A stretch of DNA of 64,000 bases from Podarcis bocagei (Eukaryota). Position 1 is the stretch's first letter; every line of letters begins with the position of its first letter. The stretch lies in assembly GCA_964188305.1 (NCBI GenBank), contig OZ076901.1. One strand, given 5' to 3'. Positions 1 through 13,400 of this stretch are shown piece after piece. Position numbers and translations under genes: made by a program. The notes below the pieces were generated by a model that ran no database searches, was not told the origin of the DNA, and saw nothing but the letters and a program-made list of their open reading frames with translations.

Positions 1-147
1 TCCCCGTGCTTCAGGCGGGTGTCCGCAAGGCTTGGGGCGGCAGCCGCGGCTGGGGGGGGGATTTTTTTTTTATTCATTCCCCCCCCCAAAAAAAATATCC
101 GAGGTGCGTCCTATGGGCCAGTGCGTCCTATAGGACGAAAAATACGG
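1..147. mobile_element. Right end of a non-autonomous Tc1/mariner (Tc2/pogo-type) DNA transposon
   Basis: Ends ...gtgcgtcctataggacgaaaaatacgg|TA (reverse complement CCGTATTTTTCG TIR) with subterminal gtgcgtccta repeats; truncated by the window edge. Confidence 0.75.
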
Positions 148-149
148 TA

Positions 150-253
150 TGCTTGTTGCTATGTTGTGTATTTTTGTGCTTTTATATTGTAAACCGCCCT
201 ATGATCCTCAGATAAAGGGCAGCATAATTAAAATAAATAATAATAAATAATAA
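150..253 (+). mobile_element. L2-type LINE 3' tail fragment with (AAT/AAAT)n
   Basis: ttgtaaaccgccctatgatcctcagataaagggcagcata + AATAAAT repeats; a similar tail is at about 990-1090. Confidence 0.6.
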
Positions 254-989
254 TTCCCAAGTCTACTGTATTAATATGTGACTGCATAATTATATTTTTA
301 TTAAACAGGCATATTAAGATAAGTCAAAGAAAACTCTATTGTGAAATAAGTTGTCATGTAAACAAACATTTCTCCTCTGCGCTCCATTTATTTATTTAGT
401 TTCCTGCCACTCGCCCAGAGTTGCAATCATGTAAGTAAATTATGAGTAAGCTGCAGGTCTACTGTATGTCAACACTTATATGTTAGTCATGACTGAAACT
501 GCACATGCCTATCAATACAAAGCTAGGCATCTGACAGAGGGAAAAGATTTAAAATGCATTACATGGCTAATCCTGTTCTTCTGTCAGGTGCTGACCTCAA
601 CGTTGACAGACGTGTAGCTTCAGTCATGATTGACACATGCTGTGTGGAATTATAAGGACACAGTTTCTGTGTGTGGTGTAAATTCTCTGGCTCAAGAACA
701 AAATGTGTTTCATGGTGAGAGAATTCACACCATGCTTGGGAACAGGTACATTACAACATGCTCATTCTCTGTGCTGGGCGCACAGTTCAGCACCCTGAAA
801 TCTCTGCTGTATATGTGTTTAGAGTAAACTTCTAGTCCTTAGCCCTGGAGCCAGACCTGAGTTGGTGGAATTTGCAATGGCCATGGGATGGGACATCAGT
901 TCCTTGCATTGCTGGTTAAGCCTCAACTAGCAGAAGCAAATAACTTGGGGGAGGGGGGGGGGATTTTGTTTTGTTTTGTTTTTGTTTTA

Positions 990-1090
990 ATTATTTATTT
1001 TATCCTTTTATCCTGTATTTTTATCTTGTGAACTGCCCTGAGTTCTCCAGATGAAGGGTGGTATATAAATTAAATAAAGAAATAAATAAT
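990..1090 (+). mobile_element. L2-type LINE 3' tail fragment
   Basis: ttgtgaactgccctgagttctccagatgaagggtggtatataaat + A/T-rich tail; same family as 150-253. Confidence 0.6.
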
Positions 1091-2407
1091 GAAATAAGTT
1101 AAATTGCTTAATTAGAATAACTTACAGTAGGTATAAAATTTATTTTTTTTCTGGTACAAAATGTTAACATACCCACAGCCTTGGTTAACAGTTGACCTGT
1201 TCATATTTAGCTATTTATGGCCCTCTTTCCCTTTAAATCAATCACTAGATTTTCACCCACCCACCCACTTAGAGCAAAGGCTAGAACAAAGTAATACTTT
1301 GAATCCTCTTCTTGTTTCTCCTGTGACTTTGCTCCTAACCAGACTATCAGCTTAAATCCCTGCAGTTGCACATGTTCTAGTTTTTGACCTTAGCATAACA
1401 TTTTCCTCACAGCAGGGGGGTAAAATCACCCGTTAACAGGAAAAGCAACCAATATGCTGGCTGTGAGCTGGAAATGTGGGTCATTCTGCATGTGGAAAGA
1501 TTTTCTTTCCTAGGCTACTAATCCTGTGTTAGCAATCCGACTGCCATCAGGAGTCCAAACCAGGGACGGACACGTTTTAAATGCCTTTTTAATCAATAGT
1601 GGTATGGTGTAGGTGACTTAATTCTTCTGTGAACTCTTATGAAATTGTCACTGGATCCTAAAAGTGGATTGAAAAGGCATGCTTGTCCCCATGTGCTTCA
1701 TGGAGCTTTTAGTTGCTGTATGTTTTTGAAAGATGTGTGAATACATTCTCACAGGAACTTAACCCCTGAGAATGCCCAAAGGGGAGACATATTCTACCAC
1801 TACTCTGACACAACAGCCACCCTGTCCTGCATCCATCTATCCCAGAGAATGGAGAGGTGGGAGGAAAATGTGGCTCCAAAAATCAGAGAAGAGCAACAGT
1901 GGCAGCCACACTCCCAGCACCCATGGCAACACACCAGTGCCCGCCCGCCCTAGTCAATGTGGTGTTGCTGTAAAAATGACATGGCATGAAGTTGTGGAAA
2001 TTACATGGCCAGAAATGGGAGGCCCCAGTCCACCCATGCTAACAAGAAGGCATCATCACAGCCCACACACAACCTGCCAGTTACAACGATTCCACAACAC
2101 CTTCCACAGTGTAAGATACTGTGGCACAGACAGGAAGAGACCAGCAGCCAGGAGCTCTAGGCAGATGTCATACATTTCTCACAAAGTACTATGTGTGTGT
2201 GAAGGAAGGAGGGGGCATATAGCACCCAAACATCTCCCTTGGGACAACGGATCATGACCCATTATGGGAAGAAAACCCACCATTGGCCCATATCTGCCAA
2301 TCCCTTGTAGCAAAGAAACAGCAGATGTAGCAAAATTAGAGCCTTATTGAATAGCAACAGGGATGGAGTGAGTTCTGGAAGTAAAATAGACACATGTATG
2401 GGCTTGT

Positions 2408-2496
2408 GCAAACTGTGGGAGGCAGTGGAAGATAGAAGTGCCTGGCGTGTTCTGGTCCATGGGGTCACGAAGAGTCGGACACGACTAAACAACAAT
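2408..2496 (+). mobile_element. BovB (RTE) LINE extreme 3' fragment with TSD
   Basis: ggcagtggaagatagaagtgcctggcgt...agtcggacacgactaaacaacaa, flanked by TGGGCTTGT direct repeats (2399-2407, 2497-2505); near-identical to the 3' end of the 50202 copy. Confidence 0.85.
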
Positions 2497-4339
2497 TGGG
2501 CTTGTCAGGGTTTCTGTCCCTTTGACCATCAAATAGTGGGCAGCAAGAGCAGCAGATGGATTTGCCCCTCTAGGCTGCACACCCATGCTATGCCCACGGA
2601 CATCAACTGTTAGATATGGAGCTTGACAGGAGTGGTAACCCCACAGAAGAACATTTGTGGGGTGTTTTGGTCACTGCTACTGGCCAGAAGGTGGGCCTCC
2701 CTTGTGGTGTGCACACAACTGTGCAGAGCAAAAGGGAGGGAGGGAGAATCAGTTGTCAGAAGTTGGAACTCATCTTCCCTGGATGTAGGAGGACAGTAGG
2801 TGTGAGGAAGGGAGAGAGAAGAATGATTCCTGCTACTTGAGTGCTCTGCCAATGATTGGGGCTAAACCTCCCCGCGCCATCCTGGAGTGGGGAAGAAATT
2901 GCAGTGACTAATGAGATGTTTAGACCTTCCTGCGTAGGACTGTGGTGGAACTTGTATCCCCTTTGCCCCGCTCTGTGCACCCTGGCTGTGATTCAGTAAG
3001 GGAAAAGCGCTCATGCATGTTTGACCAGAAGTGGCAGAGGTTGAAGTGGAATTCCTGGCTTTGATCGGCAGAGAACTTATCTGCATGTGGGGAAGACTGC
3101 TCCCAGCTGATGGTGGAGAAGGTTTAAGTACAGTTGAGGCAAGACACAGATTTGGGGGAAGAAATATGGGAGACACTTTGTAGCCGGATTTCCTCCTCCC
3201 TTCACTGACCTGCATAGAGTACTCTGCTGTTGCCTCCCTATTGTAGGAATGTTGCCAGGTCATCTTTACAACATGTCATCTTCATGACCTCATTGCAACA
3301 TCACCATGTTAGATGAGTGGTCAGAAGTGTCTGGAGACCTGAAGCAGGCTACCTGTGAGGGTTTTATGAAGAGCAGTGTCAGCAAAATGCTATTTCCATG
3401 TGTGTTTAGCTGGCAGGCTGTTTTGTGCACTGGTTCCTTCCTCAGAGACCTCTTGTATGTTCTTAGGTACATGATGTGAGGCCAGAGTGTTTCAGCCTGA
3501 TGCCATGTACCCTTTTGTCTGAGTTATAGCTCCCTTGTTGCGGAGTTATATCCAAGTGTTGGTGTGCTGTGGTTGGCTGCAGACTAATGGCTAATCCAGT
3601 TCTTGGTCATGGCAACATGGGGCGGGGCGGTTGGGGCAAGAGATGGGAGGCAGTGCCTTTTGTTCCTTTTTAATTTTTCTGTTAAATTGAAAGGGAGAAT
3701 TTTCCTTACACAAGCTTTGTGTTTGATAGCGTTCCACTGTGTTTGGGACCTGAGGGTACATAGGACTTCAACTTAAGTCTACTCCTCCTTTGTCCTGTCC
3801 AATCTCATTTTGGATGCTACACCAGCAGGGTCATGGTAGTGCAACAGCTGCACAGGTGTATTTTGCATGACACCAACATACCATGTTCTGCCAGTGTAGT
3901 GGGGCTTCTCGGAGCCAACATGGTTCCATCAGCTATTGTTGGATTCCCATCAGCCCAAGTCAGCCAGGGGTGATCGGAGACAGAGCTCAACAATATCTGG
4001 AGGGCATTGCATTGGCTACGCCTACTGCAGTCCCTCAGCTAGTGTATCTTGAGTACTGGATTGCACCCTTACTGTATTTGCTATTATTAGAAGCCTATAT
4101 CTACTGCGTTTTAGGATATATTACCTATAGAGGCTATTATGAGTTTGGATATTACTTTTCAGACTGAAATATAAAACTACTCTAGTTGTTTTGGCTTAGT
4201 CCTTGGTATCTTCCCTTTTATGTATCTCAGGGTGGGGAAAACTTAAGCTCCAGCCCACCACCATTAGTAGAGTCACTTTCTCCTGGTTGGCAACCTAGGA
4301 GTACCAGGCAATCATCCTCTGCTCCCCTTGAAAAGAGAC

Positions 4340-4699
4340 ACAGCAGCCAAATCTGAGAAGCACAAATACCAAGACACCTAACTGGAACTGATTTTTTTTT
4401 GGGGGGGAGGGGAGAGAGAGGGAGAGAGAGATGCTTTCAAGCTTTTCTGAAGTGATGGTAGGAGTATCTCACTGTTTCTTTCCTTTTAATCTTTGTCAGG
4501 TTCATAAAATACCTAGGCAAAAGGTAATGTTTGTAGTCAGCCAGCTAGCACAAAAATGTTGTTGATTAGCACCTTGACTGCAGCCAAGGTCTGATGTACT
4601 TGGGACCCAGTGTGATGGGTTGCTGTAAATCCCTGCTGTAAAACATAACAGCATTTGACAAAACAAAAAAAAAAGCTGCAGTGTGTGTTTTGAACTCGG
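4340..4699 (+). promoter_or_regulatory. Candidate internal promoter / non-coding alternative first exon for the short (PX/SH3-less) ARHGAP32 isoform
   Basis: Strong donor CGG|GTAAGT at 4699|4700 with no in-frame ATG upstream (in-frame TAA at 4639). Non-repetitive sequence with a GA-repeat at about 4410-4430. The start coordinate is a guess. Confidence 0.4.
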
Positions 4700-6354
4700 G
4701 TAAGTTTCGGAGTGATACTTTCATTGTAATAACCTTCAGCATATTTTTCTTTTCATCTGTTCTGTATTAAATTATTGTTTCATAGTATTGTCATAATGCA
4801 TATATGTTGAAATGCTGTATTATAGTGGCCTGTCATATAAGTATCATTGCTTTGGAATTGTCGGCACCCAACAGTTTTGGATCCCCAGTTAGTTGCCTAA
4901 TATTGGAGAGTCCTGGCAGGTATACATTATCTTGCCACTTGAAATAAAGAAACCATGGCTATTTCCTCACAAGAGTATTTTACTCTGCTGTGCTTTGATT
5001 GTCACCAACCTCTCTTTTCTTTTCTTTTCTTTTCTGTTCTGTTAACGAGATGGTAGACTTGCCCCTTTCTTAAGGCCTGATAGCCAGTACTACTGCTTTA
5101 TAGCTTCCTGAGACTGAAAAGGCTGGAGATAAAGGAAGTCCTTTTGCAACTGGCTTCATGTTGTGGCTTTTATTTGAAGAGAATGTCTCTAGAGAATTGC
5201 TTGCAAACAAAAGCAATTTAGTAAGAGTGAGCAGGCATCTTTTGTAAGACACTGCTTAGCTTTTCCTTTTTAGCTCAAAGAAGAAGTTAAAATGGAACAG
5301 CTTTGCCCTGTTCACCGATTGAAATCAATGCTAAGTTTATTCACCTTTTGGCATAGGGCCATTTCCTTCTCATCAAGGGGTAATTGCTACGTGTATGAAT
5401 CTCAATTGCATTGTCTCTAATTCAATGGAACTTGGAAAACACAACTAAGAACTTGTACCCCCTTTTACATTAAAGGTCAAGAAGAGCATCACAGTCTATA
5501 CAGTGGGAGAGACTTGGGAGTTTTATGCTTCTTTCTTTCTTTTTTGACATTTGCTATTTGTCTGGCCATATGAACATGGAGTTTGTATTGGCTAATAGGT
5601 TGTAGAAACATTTGTGGAATCATTTAATGCTTCTCAAGGTCGTAATCAATAAACTGGAGTCATTAACTACTGGTGTAATAGCAGCTGCAATTATGTACTC
5701 CTATTTCCTGGTCACTCGGTGTATTTTGTTTTGGATAACATTCTTCCATTCACTACTGTCACTACTGGCTGATGGTAATTTAGATGCCCATGGTTGTACC
5801 AACAGTGCAATAACTGTTGCCCAAATTAGTGTTGTATTTATTCAAAAATTGAATTCCATTATTTCATGTTCAGTATTTGAACCTTTCATTACCAAAAGAA
5901 GCCAAACGAGTCTATCAATAAACTTAATAAAACAAATACAATAAAATCAAACATGAAACAATATTAAAAATTGTCCATAAATAAAAATGCTGTTAATAAC
6001 TGATAAAAAGGATTAAAAATAACTATTCGGTTAATAAGCATAATACAAAATTCACACTTTCTCTGCATTAGAAATATTTCAGTAAGCAAGAAAATAATAA
6101 AATGCATGACACATACTTGAGTCAACAGTGCAATATGCCAAGAATATTAGGGTCACTGTTAAAGCAAACACTACCATCCCAGAATGAATAGGAACCCAAA
6201 GGGGACTGTTGTGAAACACTTAACCAGTGTCTGAAAAGGCCAAAAAGTCAAATTTTTAGACATTCTGAATACTCAGACTCTACAAGGTCCAAGGTGACCA
6301 AACTCTCAGAACTGAATATGCCTCTCTCTCACTTGGAGGTCTAAACGGAGCACT

Positions 6355-6466
6355 TGTGAAAGGCTAGATGGCAACTTGTCAGGGATATTGTAGCAGGGAT
6401 TCCTACATTCCTGAGGGTTGAACTAGATGACCCTTGGGGTCCCTTCTAACTCTGAAATTCTGTGAT
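6355..6466 (+). mobile_element. CR1 LINE 3' end remnant
   Basis: gggttgaactagatgacccttggggtcccttctaactctgaaattctgtgat, typical CR1 tail. Confidence 0.7.
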
Positions 6467-7312
6467 GGCATCATTCTGTAACAGTACAAGAAGCTGAGAG
6501 CAAGTATGCCTCTTAAAGAAAATTCTTCTCCATAGGTTATAACAGAACCTTGGGAGGTGTTATTGGTTTTGTGATTTTATTCATTTTCCCCTATTAATGT
6601 GCCTTTTGTTATGCTAATTTGGGGCCCTGGCTAGATGTTGTGCTCCTACCTCCAGTCTCAAGCTTAGAGTTCTTACTTAGCTGATGTGACATCCTGCTTA
6701 GCAACATTTAAATCATGTATAAAGAAAACATGTATAAAACATGTGTAAAGGCAGACTAACACTTGGCAGTGACTAGACTGGCCAGAGAGCTGTGCTATGG
6801 CAGGGCACAGGGTGCAGGAGTGAGTTTCCTTCCTCTCTGAAATGCTTGTTCCCTTTTCTCACCTGTCAGGGTCCCACCACTGATCTGTTCATAAGCAATT
6901 GACATGAAAGGATTAGCCCTGCAAGCATGGCATGAAATGAAACCATAAGGAAACACATGGGCTGTATTACCCATTTTTATGGAGATTTCCTTCCTTTCCT
7001 CTTCTCCCCACTAGACTGAAAGCTACGAAATGCCAAGCACAAGCAGACTGCTGAGATGGGGAGAGCATAACAATTAAAACTATTGTCCTACTATATCTTA
7101 ACTCTGTCTTCCATTACAGATTTTGATTTCCTTGAATCACTTATATAAGGGAGGAGGGAGGAGGCTGTTGCAGAAACTGATCAGATATGTGCATGGTAGT
7201 AATGGGGGTTGATTTTGAATAGAATGAACTGTGGTTCAGTGAAATAATGTATTATACATCTTCCTTCCTCTCTATCTGGCCACAAAATGAGATTTCCCCT
7301 TCAATTTTACAG

Positions 7313-7462
7313 TGTCAAAAAAACACGGCAAGCTTATTACTTTCCTGCGCACATTCATGAAGTCTCGGCCAACAAAACAGAAACTGAAGCAACGTGGGAT
7401 CTTAAAAGAGAGGGTATTTGGCTGCGACCTTGGAGAACATCTTCTCAACTCTGGTCATGATG
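7313..7462 (+). CDS. ARHGAP32: ARHGAP32 exon (150 nt): (V)SKKHGKLITFLRTFMKSRPTKQKLKQRGILKERVFGCDLGEHLLNSGHD; start of RhoGAP domain; contains the internal ATG (7357) of the short RICS/p250GAP isoform
   Basis: Acceptor ttttacAG|7313, donor 7462|GTAAGT, phase 1-1; recognisable peptide. Confidence 0.96.
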
Positions 7463-10400
7463 GTAAGTAAGAAGAATGTTATGCTTTGGCTCAAGAGTGT
7501 CCTACAATGCAAATTCTAAAAGAACAATTTGGATCTGACCAGCATTACTTTTCTTTGAGTCGTTACAATGCTCCACCTATAGCATCTACCTCTTCATTCT
7601 TCTTAAGAAAGTGCAGTCCAAGATTTCCATGCAGTTGAGACATAATATTTGTCCTGCCTTGGCACCCAGCACTTCTGTAATATCACAGTTTGATGTGTTA
7701 CATAGAGTGTGTGAGAGTGAATTTATTATTTTGACATCAGTCAGAGATTATTCACAGAAGCAGGTTGTCCTCATGGTGATGATTTAAGAAAGAATCAGGC
7801 CAATCATTTTCCCCAGGAGTTAAGGGCATCTGAACGGTAGCCAAGGATAAAATGTCGTCTCCCTGATGCATTGTTATTGCTGTTTTAATTTTTCAAGAAA
7901 AATATTTGGAATAAATAATAATCTGGGCAACTGAATGACATCACACATCAAAGTCCATCTTGTTATATCTTCCAACTTTTGCTTAGGAGGTGATGGCAAA
8001 GGGGCAAAAATCTGAGTTTGCTGTAGCTGTACTTTGACATTTGAATGGATAAGAAGACTAGAGCCACAGACAGCTAGAATTAAAGGCTCCACAGGGACCA
8101 AAAGGTTATCTGATCCAAATTGCTGTACTGTGGCAGAATCCTTCCTTCCCGGAGCAGAGTTTGAGAAGAAGCATGTGCAGTTCTTCACTCAGCAACTTGC
8201 CTTGGGATAACTGTTGATTATCCCAGGCGGGTAAACACATAATTCATTGCACCTCTCTTATAAATCCAGGAGCATATTGAAGTACTATAGTCTATAATGA
8301 AATTGATATGTCTCAGTTCTGCCTGAGACTGGGCAATCTGTTAATAATCCACATTTGGTCTGTTAACAGTCCAAACATTTTCAAAACATTTGAGTGTGTA
8401 CTGCTGTAATTATACTGACTTCAGCATGCAGAGAAAGGTTCAGGAGAAGAAGCATTGTTTATTGCTGCTTCTTGGGTGTTTTCTGCAGTGTCTTGATGGT
8501 GCTTCTGTTCTTTATGGCTTCTTCTTTTCAGAAGCTAAGCACTTCAGTGTAAAATCACCCAGTTAAAGATTACATAATCCATTGAAACATGTGCTTTGCC
8601 TCATTCCTGAGTATTAATAATATTTGTGTCAATACTTATACAATTAGCATGTTACATTGCTGCTTGGTGATCTCATACCCCTGGGAGCTTTGCAGTGTAT
8701 TTGCAGTTCCTTGGGCTTTTCTTGTAACTCATTACCTGCTTGCATTTCAGTTTGTGTTTCAAGTGCTTAATTGGATGAAGACCTACACCATGACAGGCAC
8801 TAAAATTTGCCAAGATATTTTTTGCTGAACCTTAAATGGCAGGGCACAGTTTGTAGCATTGCATAAATTTTGCGCTTTGTTTTTTCCCTTGACACTGTGT
8901 CAGAATCCAGGACATGAGTCATATGTTTCCAAAAGTTTCTGTTGGAAAGATGATAGTTCACATGTATCAAATTGATTTGGGTGGGCATGGGTGCAATGTT
9001 GTAATGTCAGCATTGATTATATAACATCAGGAAATCCTAGCAACTCTAGGAGAAAGCATGCACAGACCGGCAATGTTCTAGGATTGGTAGTGAGACTGGA
9101 TGATCCTAGGAGCAAATGAAATTCAGCATGACAAATGTGCTTGTCTGAAAGCGCCCTTGTGAATTATTACTTGAATTTTGGAGCTTCATTTGTAGAGGAA
9201 GAAAATGAGTCAATTCAGAACTCTGTAAAAGTGAGAGGGAACTGGATTTTAGGACACCATGGGCAGAATTTCAGGCCAGGCTATTGCTTATTCTGAGAGA
9301 GCTCCTGTATATTACTCTCATATACCCTGTTCGTAACAGTTATTTTCACTTTAATGGATTATTGAAGACTTGAATACTGTAGTAAGAAGGATTGCTGAGA
9401 TTATCTTCTAAACTGCACCATGTTGGCTTGGTAGCTGCCTCTCTGTCATTCTGTGTAATGCCATGTAAATGGAGATTTGGCTGCCCAAACTATTTAGGTA
9501 GCTATAGCCAAACAGAAAGACGCAGCTCCACTTTTCCTTTCTACCCACTCAGCACGTAGCAAAGTATCGTAACGAATAATTGTGGAGTTAAAAGTACGAC
9601 CTAGATCAAGATAGGCAGTCAATGGATTGGATTCAAATGCTGTCCAGATTGCCCAAAACATCACCATCACAGAGCAAACAGCTTAAAGTAACTGAGGCAA
9701 CATGTTTGGATGTGGCTGTTTGGGGAGACAGGCCGCTCTGGGAGAGGTCATGTCAAAAGTGCAGCGTCTTCACATAAGCACAGGTTCATTGCAGTATAGC
9801 ATGACATGCCACTGGCTGGGAAACTCAGGCTGTAACATATCAAATGTGGGTGGAATCTACAAGGGTGCCATGTGGCACAGTCTTCATGTAATTTTGTCTC
9901 AGGCTGGAAATTATGTAGGGAGAACAAGAACTTCAGTAGACTTGGGTTATTAAATACCAGCTTTGCTTTCCATCCTAACAACTTGGTGATTAAGCTGTGC
10001 ATTAGTTGTTTCCTTGAATCATATTGATCAATATTTATTTGAAGTAGTTGCAGTATTTTGGTTTCTTTAGCTTTGAACATCATTTCCCTACCCTGTGCTG
10101 AATAAACACCTGGAAACAAACCAAGACTCCTTGAGGAGTAGCGGTTCATCATTCACCTGGGGTTACCAATTTGTTCTGCTTTGCTGCCACCTGCCATGCT
10201 TGGTGGTTTTCTAGTGTGCAACCTCTGTCAGCATATTGTAGCCCCTGACTAGGTTGGGGTCTCTTTACTTTCCTCTTGTTGGTAGCTGGTGTTGGCAGCA
10301 GCTCACCTCAGAATTACTGCTTCCATTGGCCTAGTTAAACAGCTCTTTGCCCAAAAGAAACTGGTGAGAATCTTTTAGCATCACCTACAAATGGAAAGCA

Positions 10401-13400
10401 GCTTCATTGTTTACTGCTTTGTGTTGCGATAATAATTCTGTATTGCATCATCTCTGTGCATGTTCATTGGCTCCCATTGGGAATTAGATGTGGTGTTTTC
10501 TTTTCTATTCTGAAATTGATAGGAATTGTTTATATATGTTTTTAGTAAGCACAGTGGACAAAACGCTTGACAGGAAACTCTTGTTCTTTTACTTTAAACA
10601 TTTACCTGCTTATGCCCCTTTCCCCCTATTTATGTAAAACAACTGCAAAAACAGCTTCACAGCATATGGAAAAGTGTGTTGTTAATGACCCAGAAGAAAA
10701 CTATTAATTGGGTAATTCTTTATTCTGTGAAAGGAAGGCATTATGTGGTTCAAAGCCCATATGCATGCAGTTGTGATAAGGTAAATTTAAGCAATGCATT
10801 AGGAAGATTTAAGCAATGTTAAAGGCTTGTCTTCAAAAGATATACAGTCTGTATTTACAAAGCATTCCAGTCTTTGAATGGATTTTACTTATACTAATAT
10901 TATTTCTGTTACAATTTAGAAGCCTTAAACATACATGGCATAGTGGTAATTCACTGAGTCATTTTGGATTTTACAAACTCATTTCAGCCATTATGGCATG
11001 GAATCCATAATGTTGCTCTTGCCAGTGATTGTTATAGCTATCTAGACCATTATTCTTTTAAAACAGTGTGCATTTTTATTCTAAAAGGGGTGGGCCAATC
11101 TCTATTAAGCAATAAACCTCTTAGATTTTGGTCTGGTAGAAACTGAAGCAGCAGCATGGAGTAAGGTCTAGATCAGGTTAAAGATGATCTAAAACCATTT
11201 GAAATCACTTGAATGGTAATGTGCCCATTTTTAAGTGTCCTAGATTTTGGTAAACTGAAGCCATCATTCTCATGGTGTTAATAACTATGCCGGGCGACTG
11301 CCCTAAAACTGCTTTTATTGCCTTCAAAATTCTTACCTAATTTACTATTAAATTAATCTGACAGATTTCAGTCCAGCTCTAGTTGTTGTATATTTACTTG
11401 TACCCTGAGTTTTAATTCTTTTTGGCTCTTTCCTGAGCCTGAATACAGGAACCAGCATTCCAAACTTTTTTTTTTTAATGCAGCGAAGAGCTATGATGTC
11501 CAAATTCTTAAATTTTGTCCTAAAGTATATGTTCATTATAGCATTGGGTTTTCTTGAGATGCTACTGCTTTGGGAATGCTTTTTACTACTGCTTATTGTG
11601 AAGTTCATTACAGCGAATGAATACGAATCAATACTCATAAGACAACAGCATAGATAGTGTCATCTACACTAGGATGGCAGGATGTTCATGAAACACCAGC
11701 TGGAGGTGACATTTTGGAACAGCATAGAATTTAAACATAACATTCCCTGAAGATGACACAGGCAGCTTTATTCACATAAGCACTTTTAATATCAAGTTTC
11801 TGAAATTAAGCCGGTTAAGTCTGGGAACTAATAGAAAGAATAGGATGATATTTCATTGTAAACATAAAAAATGCAATACCTGAGTGATAAAATAGAAGTG
11901 GCTGTGATATTCATCAGCTTTGTGTGAAAATACAGGTTAAGTACAGAGCACAGTCCAAATAAAGTTGACTATTTTAAGTACTTTTACTCAAGAGCAGCAT
12001 TTCTGGCTATCCACACTTCTGCCTTTTCTTTTCTTTTCTTTCTTTCTTTTTTTTACATGGACTTAGATTCAAAATGTATTACTACACTTTGCTTTACAGT
12101 GATTGTTCCAGTTTTCTAGTGATGATTTAACTTTATGCTGGTGCATGGAATTCAGCTGAGTGGCAGCATTTCAGTATGGCATGGTCCATTAACTGGCCAA
12201 ATGGTCCTGCCTTGGACATTGTGAAAATGACACTGTTTCAACAGAACTTGGTGGGCAGCCTTGGTCTCCCAGGCTGAACAAATAATTCTTATTCCAGCAA
12301 TAGACTGAGAACCCCTGGACTCTTAAAATGCAAGAAGCATATCAGTCTCAAAAACAGAGGAGGGAATCTGATCTGAGTAAACTGAAATATTCAGTGTGAG
12401 CAGCTAGTTTGCTATTTGGAACATGTTCTTAGGCATCAGCTGTGCAGTTAAAATTATTTATTTCATAAAATTTGTGAACTGATTGTGAAGAACCTAAAAT
12501 AAAAAAACCTCAAAGCCATTTACAGAAAGATAAAGCAAGAAAAAAATGCAAGAAATACTTTAAAACATACAAAAAGATAAAATACTAAAACAGAATAAAA
12601 TTCACACCAGCTTTCTAAGCATCTGGATAGGCTTGTCTAAACAAGAATGTTTTCAGCAAGTGCCAAAAAGAGTACAGGGAAGGCTCCTGCTTGATATCAA
12701 TAGGCAGGGAGTTCCAAAATGTAGTTGCTGCTACATTAAACAATGGATTTCTTACAAATGCGGAATGGGTATTATGTGGCACCTGTAGTAGTGTCAGCTC
12801 CACTGATCAGAGCAGTGAAGTGGGCACATGCGGGGTAAGGCGATCATGTAGATAAAGTGGTTCTAAGTTGTTAAAGGCTTTATAAACTAATAGTAAGTAA
12901 CACCTTGAACTTGTAGCAGTAGCAGTCAGTGCAGCTCTCTGAGCATAGGTGTGATAGCTGACAAGGCCTCACTCCTTTCAACAATGATGCTGCGGCATTC
13001 TGCACAAACTGCAGCTTCTGGATCAAGCACAAGTGAAGCCCCCCAAACAGTGATTGCAGTATCTAATAGAAGCTTATTATCCCCTTGGGTTGACCTTCAG
13101 GAAATAGACATGGCCGTGGGTCAACTGGGTTGTTCACATCTCCATTGCAAGCTCAGTGCATTGGGCCAAACCTAGTGGAGCTGTAGCTGGGTTGTGGCAA
13201 TCCCTTTCACTTGTGCTTGCAAAGCAGTGGAGCTGTCGGGTGAAGTAAAAAGTGACCTGTCACCACAATTTCAGCTTTTTCAGACCAGGGAACAACTGAA
13301 CTGAACGTTTTATTGGAAAGTGGCAAGCCACATGGCCCACTTACGATTGTTCATTGCCTTCCTGGTGTTTCCTCCTTTGGCCAGAGCTTGGAGGGTGCCA

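Noticed and set aside
1772-2257. 161-aa ORF ending LCVCEGRRGHIAPKH, vaguely like a Gag zinc knuckle
   Set aside because: CCHC spacing is broken and no other gag/pol motifs were seen; at most a very decayed repeat.
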